From Piromyces finnis finn (lineage: Eukaryota; Fungi; Neocallimastigomycota): a stretch of DNA of 64,000 bases. The stretch spans positions 248,001 through 312,000 of the forward strand of contig MCFH01000054.1 of the NCBI GenBank assembly GCA_002104945.1. The letters run 5' to 3'. This document shows, in pieces, positions 39,246-55,765 of this stretch (the first letter of the stretch is position 1; each line of letters begins with the position of its first letter). A model generated the notes under the pieces. The model saw only the letters and a program-made list of their open reading frames with translations, ran no database searches and was not told the origin of the DNA. Both the position numbers and the translations under genes were made by a program.

Positions 39246-40981
39246 ATTATATCCAAAAAATATATTAAAATATATATTATATTAATATAAAATTCATATA
39301 ATATATAATTTTTAAAAAAAAAGTAAATATAAAACAAATTAAAGTTACAATAAATGAAGGAATAAACTTTGAAAGAGTATTCTTCATTTCATTTTAAGGT
39401 CTATCTATGATTATGACCAGGCCTTAATATCTTTACCGGTAAATTGAGGCTAATAAAACAATCAAAATTAAAAAATTATAATTATAAATATTAAGCCTTT
39501 ACATACATCCAAAAAAAAAAAAAAAAATAACTTTGTTAAATATATATGTATATATGTATATATTTAATTGTTATATTAAAAAACTATTTATATATATATA
39601 TAAAATACATATGATAATTATTCTACGTATTTACTATTCAAAAATATAAAAGCGTTTTTTTTTATTATATTATTTATTTTTTAATATTCTTATTATAAAT
39701 ATTTTTATTTTAATATTAAAAATAAATTTATATTATTATTCAGTTAATATATATATTTTTTTCTATTTTAACAACATTACCGAATACTTTGTTATTAAAA
39801 TATATAACAATTTCTATATATACACACATACACCTATATATATAACGACTTATTCATTATATCAATATATATATGAATAAATATAAATAAATAAATAAAT
39901 AAATAAAAATAACAAATGTTTTTATAATATCAGAAAAAATAAGTTCAAACTTTTAAAATTATTATATTATTTATTTCTAATCTGTATAATTTTCATCATA
40001 TATTTTAGTTTTTTTTTTTTTTTAGTTTTAAGCATGATTCTTTAATGACTTTTTAATATAGTTAAATATAATAAAAAGTCATTAAAGCTATAGATCATAT
40101 AATATTCTTATATAAATACTTTTTCTATAACTAAATATTTAAAATTTTTAGCTGAATAATAAGTATTTAAATATAATTTGTTAGTTATGTAACTACAGTT
40201 TATTTTATAGATATTCAAATATTCTAGTATAATGGATTAATTATAAAATAACAAATTAATAAAGGTATATTGTCCATTCATAAGAAAACTTTAAATAATT
40301 AATTCATTTATAATTAATCCATAAATAAAATAAGTGGAATAATTAAATAATAAATACTATTGTGGCGTATTGCATATTATAATTTGCAATAGTTGAACAC
40401 ATGATATTATCATTTACAATAAAAAAATGAATAATACATATTAATATAATTAATATATGCTATAGTTATTTCTTTATATAATAAAATTTAGGGATAAAAA
40501 ATAAATTAATATTTATTATTATTATAATTATAAAAAATTAAGCCATTCAAATAAAAAACTAGCCAGCCAGAAAACCCTCAATAGTATTATTTTTATCAAC
40601 ACAAAATAATCTTCACCTGGTTAAAAAAATTAAAGCAAGTTATGATTTGAATGATAATTAACAAATTTTAAAAAACTTTGAAAATTTTACATTTTTAACT
40701 ATAGAAATTAATAGAAAAAATGAAGAAGATAATATAGTAAAAACTTGTAAAAAAAAATATATATATATATACCTTTTTTTTTTTTTTTATTAAATTTATA
40801 TATAGATAGATAAAATTGAAGCAATAATACTTTTTGTGGTATTCGTACAAATATTTTATCAATTGAATTGATTTATTTAAGATATTATACATTTATCATA
40901 ATAATTATATATTATTATTACACTTTATTATAAATACATTCATATATATTATTACTTTTAATAAAGTAAGTCAGTATTCAA

Positions 40982-43945
40982 ATGGAAGGGCTACAATATT
41001 TAATAAAAAATAATAGAATTAATGATATTAAATCATACATTACTAGTCATGTTATAAAGAGCAATGAAGTTAAAAATAATACGTTTGATTTATTAATCGA
41101 TACTATTAAAAGTACTTCCTCACTAGGGACGCTTAAAACAGTAATAAATATTTATCAATATTTATACAAAAATTTAAACTATTCCCTTGATAGTGGTGAA
41201 TCACCATTGGCAGTTGCATTATCATTAAATAATTTTACTATTTCTAATTTTTTAATAGAACAAAAAGCAGATATTAATTATTGTAATAGAGCGGGTGATT
41301 CAATATTATTTTATTTATATAAAGAAAATTTATTAGGAAATTCAGCACTAAAGTATATATTGGATCATGATGTAGAAATTAATAAATTTGATAGTAACAA
41401 TAAATGTTTTTTAGCTTATATCCTAGAAAATAACAATCAAAATTTAATTAAAATTTTATTTTCAAAATTTAAAATATATAGTAATGATTTTATTATCAAA
41501 CTAATTAATTTATCAAAGCTAAAAAATCCAATAAGTCATAAAGATTTTCAGTCACTGTTCGACATTGAAAATGTCAATACAAGAAAATTACAAATAACAA
41601 AAGATATATTAGCACGATCATGTACAAGTCAAAGTTTGGATGTTTTAAAATTGCTATTTGAAGATAATAATGTTAATAAAGAATTTTTTGCTAGTATTAG
41701 TAATAAGGAATTGATTTGCAATCTCTATTTAAACAATAAAAAAGATATATTGAAGTTTTTAGTGGAAAAAGGTGCCAAATTAAATGAAAGTTACTACAAT
41801 ACTCTTTTTTTACATATAATTAATAGTAACGATATAGATATGGCAGAGTATATTATCAGTAAAGGAGCTTTTGTCAATGTAAAAGCGGATTACCCTAATT
41901 TAATAATCTGGAAGGCCTATCAATTACAACATAATGAAATGGCAAAGCTTATCATAAGACATGGTGCCGATTTGAATATACCGGATACGGACTATGAAGA
42001 AATATTAGAAGTGGCAAACTCCGATGAAAATATATTACCATATTTAAAAAAGTATCATAATGTAAAGAATTACAATAATTCTACACTTTTATATGCTTGT
42101 AAAAATGGAAACACTAAAATTGTAAAGCATCTACTTCAAACTAATGTCCATTTTAATGAAATCGATGAAGATATTCATAATACTTTTGATTATGTGGAAG
42201 AATCTGCTCTTATTTATGCCTGTAAAATTGGTAATGATGAGATAGTTCAACTTTTAGTAGATAAAGGTGCAAATGTCAACTATAAATATTCTGGTACATA
42301 TACCCCATTAGTACAGGCATGCATTCAAGGATATGATAAAATTGCAAAAATTTTATTAGAAAATGGTGCTACCATTGAACCAGAAATAGTCAGACATTCT
42401 TTGACCGACAAAAAAGGTGATGCTAAAAGTACTTTAATGTATGCTTGTGAAAATGGTAATAAAAAAATAGTTGAATATTTGATTCAATATGGTGCTAATG
42501 TTAATGAGAAGAATCTAGCAGGCGAGACACCATTGATGTGTCTCTGTAAAAATAGGCATCAACATCTCATAGAATACTTTATTGAAAATAATGCTAATAT
42601 TAATGATAAAGATAATTATGGGAATACTGCATTAATGTATGCCTGTCAAGAAGGCATGCTAGATATAGTCAAATTATTAATAGATTATCATGTTAAGATT
42701 AATGATCAAAATGTTAATGGAGAGACTGCATTAATTATCGCCATCGTAAATGGAGCAACTGCCGTTGCTAAACTTTTACTTCAATATCATGCAGACCCAA
42801 ATATTATCGATAATTCCAGGAAATCTCCTCTAATGTATGCATTAAAATGTAATCAAAAGGAAATTGTCAGTGAATTACTTTTACATCCTGAAATTTTAAG
42901 GGAGGACATTATAAATAATACCACAGTTAAACATAAAACACTTCTCATGTATTCATGTAAATATAATGATAAATCTTTGGTTGAACAGTTAATTAATCAT
43001 CAAGCTAACTTGACAATTAAAAATAGCAAAGGCGAAACCGCCATGATCTATGCTTGTAAATATGGACATAATGATATCGTAGAATATTTAATTAGTCAAG
43101 GAGGATGCGTTGATGATACCAGTGAAAATGGTGATTCTTGTTTAATTTTTGCTTGTCAACATGGATATAAGTATGTGGCTAAACATTTAATAAAAAATAA
43201 TTGTCAAGTGAATACCAGAGGTTTTAAGGGTAAAACAGCGTTAATGTATGCCTGTGAGAATGGTAAAATGGATCTTGTAGAACTCCTAGTTTTAAATAAT
43301 GTGAATATTAATAAGAGAGATATGAAAGGAAAAACGGCACTCATGTATGCGGCTGAATATAACCAAATTAAAATTGTAGAGTATTTAGTGGAGCATCAAG
43401 CGGATATTGGTCGTAGGGATGAATTGGGCAATACTGCATTAATGTATGCTTGTCAAGGTGAATATAAAGAAGTTATTAAATGCTTAGTGAAGCATGACTC
43501 CAATGTTGATCAAAATGGCGGCAGAGATCTTATGATATTAATATGTAGTAAGGAAAAGAGTAAGATTGAATCGGATGATAAAGATGTCATTAAATTATTA
43601 ATTAAAAAAGGTGTAGATGTTAATGCTAAAGATATTCATGACACCACCATACTAATGCTTGCCTGTGGAGCGTATGGTCTTGAAACTATCGAATACCTTG
43701 TAGAAAATGGTGCTAATATTAATGCTAAAAATGATAATGGAGATACGGCTTTAAAAATGGCGATTAAGTACAAAAATGATAAAGTTATTGATTTTTTAAA
43801 AGAAAAAATAAAATATAGCAATGGAGGAAATAAAACAAAGGAAATTAATTCTTCGAACAATCATCATAATAAAACAAAGATAAATTATGATAAGAATAAA
43901 AAGAAGAATAAAAGACAATCCAAAAACTTTTATTTAGATTATTAA
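40982..43945 (+). CDS. Ankyrin-repeat protein, 987 aa, intronless
   Basis: Many ankyrin units (G.TALMYAC..G...IV.YLI..GA.IN..D), with a divergent helical N-terminal ~350 aa. Confidence 0.95.
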   Translation: MEGLQYLIKNNRINDIKSYITSHVIKSNEVKNNTFDLLIDTIKSTSSLGTLKTVINIYQYLYKNLNYSLDSGESPLAVALSLNNFTISNFLIEQKADINYCNRAGDSILFYLYKENLLGNSALKYILDHDVEINKFDSNNKCFLAYILENNNQNLIKILFSKFKIYSNDFIIKLINLSKLKNPISHKDFQSLFDIENVNTRKLQITKDILARSCTSQSLDVLKLLFEDNNVNKEFFASISNKELICNLYLNNKKDILKFLVEKGAKLNESYYNTLFLHIINSNDIDMAEYIISKGAFVNVKADYPNLIIWKAYQLQHNEMAKLIIRHGADLNIPDTDYEEILEVANSDENILPYLKKYHNVKNYNNSTLLYACKNGNTKIVKHLLQTNVHFNEIDEDIHNTFDYVEESALIYACKIGNDEIVQLLVDKGANVNYKYSGTYTPLVQACIQGYDKIAKILLENGATIEPEIVRHSLTDKKGDAKSTLMYACENGNKKIVEYLIQYGANVNEKNLAGETPLMCLCKNRHQHLIEYFIENNANINDKDNYGNTALMYACQEGMLDIVKLLIDYHVKINDQNVNGETALIIAIVNGATAVAKLLLQYHADPNIIDNSRKSPLMYALKCNQKEIVSELLLHPEILREDIINNTTVKHKTLLMYSCKYNDKSLVEQLINHQANLTIKNSKGETAMIYACKYGHNDIVEYLISQGGCVDDTSENGDSCLIFACQHGYKYVAKHLIKNNCQVNTRGFKGKTALMYACENGKMDLVELLVLNNVNINKRDMKGKTALMYAAEYNQIKIVEYLVEHQADIGRRDELGNTALMYACQGEYKEVIKCLVKHDSNVDQNGGRDLMILICSKEKSKIESDDKDVIKLLIKKGVDVNAKDIHDTTILMLACGAYGLETIEYLVENGANINAKNDNGDTALKMAIKYKNDKVIDFLKEKIKYSNGGNKTKEINSSNNHHNKTKINYDKNKKKNKRQSKNFYLDY

Positions 43946-44377
43946 ACCAAGATACATTTCAAAAAAAAAAAAAAAAAGAAATTTATAAAGAGAAGTATTT
44001 ACTATTAGTTATAGTTTGTATTTTTGTACTATTAAATCTAATTATTGTTGATCAACTTTTTTTTTAAACATTTAACACAATTACGTTTATACTTTATAAT
44101 TTAAAACTATTCTATTTTTTTTTTATACTTTTAGAAGATTTATTATATTACTATATACACCAAACTTTGAGTTTTTATTTTTATTATTATTTTTAATTAA
44201 AACATTATTTATATATTTATTATTTATTTAATCATTTATTTATTTATTTATTCGTCTTTTTTTTTTTTTTTTTTTTTTTAGAGTTTATTTGTTTAGATAG
44301 AAAAAAAAAATTTTTTTTATTGCTTTTAACGTAATCATCACAATGAATAACTTAGATATTTCTATTTATATATATTA

Positions 44378-44412
<35 letters not shown>

Positions 44413-44773
44413 TTAGTTATTTTTATTTATATAATCATAAAAATTTAATAAAAGAAACTGGAAAAAGAAAATAAATTAATAAATAAATATAAAAAAAAAA
44501 AAGAAATAAAAACTAAATAATGATATTATTGAAATTTAATTTCTTTCTTTCTTTCATTGATTATATACATTTTTGTAATATAATAGTTTTATAAAAATCA
44601 GATAAATATATATATATATATATTATATATATAATAAATTAATTGTGTTTATATATTATTAACAAGATATTAAAAAAAAAAAAAAAAAGTTCAATTCTTT
44701 TGAAATTTATAATAAATAAATATATTTATATTCTATTATATTTTACAATTTGATTATATATTCATAAAATACT

Positions 44774-47700
44774 TTAATTCTTTTTTTCTTTAAATAGATG
44801 TTCATGCAAGAATTCTGTTAATAAATTCATTAATTGTGAATAAGCATTTCCAAATACCATTGAATGATCATTATCCGTATAGAATTGAACGGTATAATTG
44901 TTAACTCCCTTTAAAGTTAATTTTGAAACTAATAAGGCGGAATTTTGAAAATGTACTATAAAAATCAAAATAAAAGTTATTTTAAGTAAAAGAAATAATT
45001 ATTTTTTTAGTAGTTTACAATAAAAAAAAAAAAAAAATTCTCCTTACCATTATCTAGTTAGATCAAATCAAAGGTTGTAATTGATAAATTTGAAATGATA
45101 TTAATAACATTATTTATTAAATTTAGAAATTTCATTTTTATTGTTATCAGATATATTAATTATAATAATAAAAATATATAAACATATATATTTATTTTTA
45201 CCATCTCCAGTTCCATGAACCAATAAGAAATCTACATTTTTAAATCCTTCAACATTATTAATAGCACTTTGTTTATATCCTTCGATATTGTCTTTTAAAG
45301 TTTTCATGTATCTCTCAGTGTATAATGTATCTATAAAAACAGTATGTTAATTTAACTACTTTATTAGTTACAATAAATAATATTAATAAAAATGGCATTT
45401 TATTATATTACCATAAAATTTCCAATCAATAACTGGTGCAACAGCCATTGCAACTTTAAAAACACCAGAGTTGGCTTCAACTACCTTTGAAGTTAAATAA
45501 CCACCATAGGACTATAAAAGAAAATAGATTGTTAAAAGAAAAAAAGTTACATATATTATATATATATTAGTAAAAATATTTATATCTTTCCTTTTTTTTT
45601 TTTTTTTTTTTAAAATTTAAATAAATTTTATTTTTAATATAAATAATTACCCATCCCCAAATTGCAAATTTATCCTCATCAACATATGGTAATTTTTGAA
45701 GATATCTTAATTAAAATGATAATAAAATAATATGATATTAATTTTATAAACTATTAATAATTTATTTAATTTATTTATTTTTACTTACTGTGCAGCTTTA
45801 ATTTGGTCCTCAGCTTCTAGTTTTCCTAATTGCTTAGCAACGCTAACTCTAAACTTTCTACCTTTCAATGCAGTACCTCTACCATCAACAATGACCACAA
45901 TCATAGGATGTTCTGGATCTGAAGCAAGTACCGAATCAAAATCAAATTGATAATTATATGTAGCCATTTGGGAATTTGGACCACCATAACTATATTATTA
46001 TATATATTATGATGAAAATAAATAAATAAATATATTTAATATTATTGAGATAAAAACTAACTTTTTAAGCAATTTTTTTAAATAAAAAACTTTACTTACG
46101 GATGGAATAAAACTGGATATTTTTTAGGTGAATTTTCATCAAAATCAGGTGGATAAATAGCAAGTGCATTAACCGCTGTTTTTTTTGTTTTTTTTTTTTT
46201 TTAAAAAAAAAAAAAATTTAAAATGATTTTTTGTATTAAATATTAATAATTAATGTCTCTCTCTCTCTTTTTTTTTAAAAAGAAATATTAAAACAATTAA
46301 ATTTATTAGACTTACTATAATCATTTATTGGGATTTCAAATCTATGGAATTTTGGAATATCATAATTTGATAATGCTTTTTCTAATAATTCATTATTGGA
46401 TAAATCAATATGAAAATCATCATAAGCTATTTTATATATAAATTTAATTTTTTCTTTTAGTTTGATAGAAATAGAAATCCAATAATTCTATTTTATTTTC
46501 ATAATAATTATACTTTAATTCTTTATCAAAACTTACAATCTTGAGTTGATAAGATTTTTTGATATGGAATATTTGGACCATCATAATTCAAAAGATAAAA
46601 ATTGAAACCTGGTGAAAAGGAGGCACTAAATACACCAGTTTCAGATAAGTTTTCGCCAAATGAGTTAATTATTTCCTTTTGTTCTTCTATTTCTGAAACT
46701 GGAGGTGTCATCTTTATATTTCTTTGACCATTTAAATTTACTCTATATAATAACGTAATTATAATTAATAATAATAATTTATTGTTATTAATATATATAT
46801 ATTTATTGATATTTTCGAACGTTTAACAATTTTATAGCAAATAATATTTAAATTTATAATTTTACTTGTAAAGATGCTTTTGCATTGATCCTTCTTCGGT
46901 ACTAATATAATAACTATAAATTAAGATATAATAATACATAATGATTTAATAATTTTAATAAAAATTTTGATAAATAATCATTACTATTACTATTAAGTAT
47001 GCCTTACATTATTTTATTATTTTTATCAATTCCAGATATACTATCTACTTCCCATTCTCCAGATGTTAAAAACATGGATTTTTCATCATATATGTCAGGA
47101 TAATAATTAATATGTTCATAGCCATTTTTGTCTTCCATAATTTCAATATATCCATTTGGTGGAACAAAATATATTGATTCGGTCTTATAAATTATACAAT
47201 TATAATAGTAAATAAAAATATTCATTTAATTATATAGATAATATTAGTAAAAATAATAAGAATAATAGTATTAATAATAGATTAGTTATCATAATCAATA
47301 TATAATTACTCTAGTTAACCATCCATCATCATCATGATCATCTTCCTTTAAGAAAGTTGCAATAAAAGTTCCTTTTTCTTTTGTAATATCACTTTCTGTT
47401 TCAATTTCATGAGGTATATTTACTGAAAAAAGTCTAGCAGTATCTTGAACACGATTTGACGTACGAATTAAAAGATTTTTACTATCTTCTGTTGCCCATA
47501 ATACTTGTAAAATAACTAGATTATCCGGTTGGAATTCATAATCTTTTTCATAAACTACTTTTTTTAAATTATTTTTTTTACGAGTTTCTTTAGTGGTATC
47601 ATATATATATACATTTACATCTGGGTTTGGAAAACCGGGCTATATTTTAAAAATTTATAGATTTATAGATATTTAATATGTATATGTCATTGTTTATGAT

Positions 47701-49651
47701 ATTAACACAAAATAATATTACAGCAATACCTTTGGATATTTTATTGATTTCCAAGCATTATATGAAATTCCGTCAAGATTATTATCAAGATAAACAGGTA
47801 TTTCATATTCAGGAACATTAGTATCATTAAATTTAATAAAACCAAGATATTTTCCATCTGGTGACCACCTATATTTATAATAATAATAATAATAATAAAA
47901 ACATTTATATTAATGAAAAATGTAATTAAATTATATAGTTTTATTAATATTATTAAAATTATAAAGATTATATTACCAAAAGGCTTTACTTGACATTAAT
48001 ACTTCCTCTATTTTTCACAATTAATTAAAATTTATAAATTTATTAATTTATTATTTAATTTAATTATACTTAAATTATTACTTAAAAACTATCTTTAATG
48101 ATTCTTTAATTTTTTCTTAAAATATTAATACTATTTTTTGTTTGTTAATTTTACCTTCATAAACCCAATCAGAAATACCATTAAAAATATTTTTAGATCC
48201 ATCATTTGTAATTTGAACAGATTTTCCAGTTTTTAAATTCAAATAATACATATTATTATTTTTAACATAGGCCTTTCATACAAATAAATTGATTTTATTT
48301 TTTTAAAAAAAAAAGTAATGTATTAGCATTAATTTAGAGATAAAAAAAAATTAAAAATATATTTATATTATTATTGTTGTTGTTATAATACAAACAATTT
48401 TATCACTAGAAGGACTAAATTCAATATTGCTAATATTATTAAGTTCGTTTTTAAAATCTAAATATTTTTTTGCTTTACAATCAAAGACAACATAATTTTG
48501 AATTTTAGAATGACGAAATACCTAAAATAATAAAAGAAAAGAAAATAATAGGGAATAAAATTTTTATATTAACATACTATTGTAATTTAAAAATATTTAT
48601 TTGTAAAACTTACTGTTTTTGAGAATGTAGGAATAATTAAATAGTGTGTATCTTTGGATAATTCAAAACCAAGATTTATTTTATTATTTCCCTTAATATA
48701 TTAATATTTATGATATAAAATTATTAATGAAAAAAAATTTTTTTTATATGTATATTGATATTAATTTGTTGCAATATATATATATATTATTATTATTGAA
48801 ATTTACTTTCATCAAATCCTGCATTGATGCTACAATTTTTACTTCTTTTGATATTATATTAAAAAGTTCTATATCTCCTTTTTGACTAACTTGAATTACT
48901 GTACCATCTTCACCTATAATATTTGAATTTTTTTAAAAGATATATATATTTGATATTAATTTTTTCTTTTTAATTGATTTTTTAAATTCCATTTCAGCAC
49001 TTTTTTTTTAAAAAAATATTTTTTAGAATATTTATATATGCTTATAAAATAAACATTTACCTGAATCAAACCAATATACTGGATTTTTTGAGGGACGAAG
49101 TTTAAATACATCCTTCATTTCAATTCTTTGTTTTCCTGATAAAATTGGTCCTGGCGTTTTTCCTTTATCTAAAAATACTTTTTTTTTTTAAAAAAAAATG
49201 AATTATAAAATATGAATTTTCATTAACTTTTTATTCATCTTAAATAATTGGCTCTTTTTTTTATTTTATTTTTAAAATAAAGCATTTTATTAAATAGTTA
49301 TAATATTTACAACCAATTACTATTATCGTAAATATGGATAGTAAACCAGTGAGTGCATATATTTTAATTTTATTTCCTGTTTTCTTGAAAGGTGGTTGCA
49401 TTACATATCCAGCTCCATTTTCCTTCAATAAGTAATATGTATGTATATTATAAGTGAAATTATTGAAAAGAAAGAAAGGTGGAATTATATATATTAATAT
49501 TTATAATAAATTTTACTTCGTCTTCCTCTTCTTCATCTGTGTTATTTATAAATAACTCAGTATCATCATCCATTCGGATAATAGTCTCATTTTCAGCATC
49601 ATTATTCTCTAAAAAATCATTTATACTTTCTGTAATATTATCTTCATTCAT
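44774..49651 (-). CDS. DPP4: Dipeptidyl aminopeptidase, family S9B (DPP-IV / Dap2 / Ste13-like), type II membrane anchor, many exons
   Basis: Acidic cytosolic N-terminus, then TM ([16 protein letters not shown]). Motifs GISDWVYE|EEV, W|WSPDG, IKYPK|PG, IWGW|SYGGY (Ser), [11 protein letters not shown]|[17 protein letters not shown]|DN|VHFQNS (Asp), DNDHSM (His). Confidence 0.9.
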
Positions 49652-50186
49652 ATTTTTAAGTGAAATGTAATTTGAAATGTTGAAAAAATCCAGTTACAAG
49701 TGTAATTGTTGAATTTAAAAAAGAAATAGTTAAAATTTTTATTTACAATAATAATATAAAGTTTTCTTATAGTTGTTATTATTTTATATTGTTCCTTTTT
49801 TTTTCTTTTCTTTTATTACTATTATTAGAATAATTTGAAATTAATGATTTTAATATTTTTAAATTTGATATTATGGAATAGCAAAATAATAAAACTATGC
49901 TATGGTAGTAGTTTTTAATAGAAAGATATGTTATAAAACATTCAAAATGTACTCTTTTTAATAAATATCTTAAGTTTTTTTTTGTTTTTTTCTAAAAGAT
50001 AACAACAACAATAGGTGGTGCGTCTTTTAGATTTTTTTTTTTAAAATGGAAGAGCGGTAATATTTTTTAATTTCATTTTTAATATATAAAAATTAAGTTA
50101 ATTATTAAAAATAAATTAAAAAAATTATTATATAAAATAAATGAATAAATCCAATAATAATTAAATAAATTATTATTTTTTTAATG

Positions 50187-50226
50187 ATTGAGAACCTTTT
50201 TATTCTATTTTAAAAAGGTTCTCAAT
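50187..50226. repeat. Perfect 16-bp inverted repeat with 8-nt spacer
   Basis: attgagaaccttttta-ttctattt-taaaaaggttctcaat; the arms are exact reverse complements. Confidence 0.9.
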
Positions 50227-52018
50227 AATGATAGAAAAGACAAAATAATATAAAGTATTATTCAAAGAGAGGTACTATATATATATATATATATATATAT
50301 AATAATTTTATTCGATAAATCAATTTCTATATTTTATATTTTATACATTCTTTTATATATAAATGTATTAAATAATATATAAATAATAGGATATGCAATG
50401 AATTACTTTTCACTGAATAAGGATTATGGTTAAGTAACACATTTTATTTTTGAATTTCATGTTAAGAAAAACCTTTCATTCCTTTAATATTCATTTATTT
50501 AATATTCAATGAAAAGTCTTATTTATTTATTTATTTATTTATTTGTTGTCTTATTATATATAAATGGAACGAAATATGTAATAATATTAACCTTAATATT
50601 AAAGAATATATATTAATGTATTAGAAAAAGGTACATTATTCAATAGTAAATGTAAGAAAAAAGCTTTGAATTATTATTGATTAAACTATTTCTATAATAT
50701 AATATAATTTTAAGTTTTATAATAATTATATTATGATTGTTTTACTATCAAATTATGTAACAGTAAGCTTTTTTTTTTTTTTTTTTTCATTGTATAGCAT
50801 TTATATAGATTTAGAATTAAGAACAAAATATAAAGTTTTTTCTTTTTTTTTTTTTAAACTTTTTTACGCAGAAAATTTTTAAATTTTAATTTATGTGGAA
50901 TGGCTCCAAAAAGTAACTTTAAACGATAAAGTTCTTTTTATTCTTTATGGTGCTTAAAAGAAATTAATAGTAATTTTTATTTTTATAGGCATTAACCTTT
51001 TATCTTTATTCCAATTTATAAATATACATAAGAAAGAAAAAAGTGAAAAAAAAAAATGAATATATTCATCCTATATCTCCTAAATGGATAGGAATTTTTC
51101 TGCATCTACATTAAATTCGAAAAAATTTAATAGTAAAATCAAAAAAAAAAAAAAAAAAGAAATATTAATGATGTGGTAATGCTTATTTGTTTTCATATTA
51201 TTTTACAATTCAATGATTGTCTTTTCATCTAATATTTATTAGAAAAACTAAAAAAAAAAGAGTATATATATTTTATTACTATTTTTATTTTGCCATTAGT
51301 ATTGAATTAAAATAAATAATCATAAACATTTTTATTTATTTATTTATTTATTATAAAGGAATAGTAATTCTTTATAGACATATTCGTTATTACTTTTATA
51401 ATTACAAAATATTTTTATTTCCCTAATGAACTCTACCACACTTTTCTTTTTTTCTTATTACATTTTACAAAGTATGAAAAAAGTTTATTAAATAATAAAA
51501 AATTTAATTAAAATCTATTTGTTATAAAAAATTAAAAAAAATTTTTTTATTTTAAAAAAGAAAAAAATTTTTTATTTGATTTCTGCGCTTCAATAAAAAA
51601 TATTTATAAATAAAGAGGTCAAAGCACTTTTTTAGAAAAAAAGGAAAAAAAAAAAGGGAAGAAGAAGAAGAAGAAGAAGAATAGTAGTATATATATACAA
51701 AGTAAATATACTAAACTTTTTTTTTAAATATAAAATAAAAAAAAAAGAAAAGAAATTTTATAAAAATATTATTATATAATAAATAAAACATTTAATAATA
51801 AATAAATAAATCTATTTTTTAATTTAATCAAATAGTATTAATATATATTCTTTTTTCTGAAATAAAAAGAAATTATATTATATTACTGAAATATATATAT
51901 TTGAGGCAATATTATTTAACTTATCGAATAAAAATATATCAGGAGTCACAAAAAAGGGATTTGAAGTAATCAAGATTTTATATTTTTTTTTATTTAATTT
52001 AGAAATTTGTTATTCAAT

Positions 52019-55765
<3,747 letters not shown>

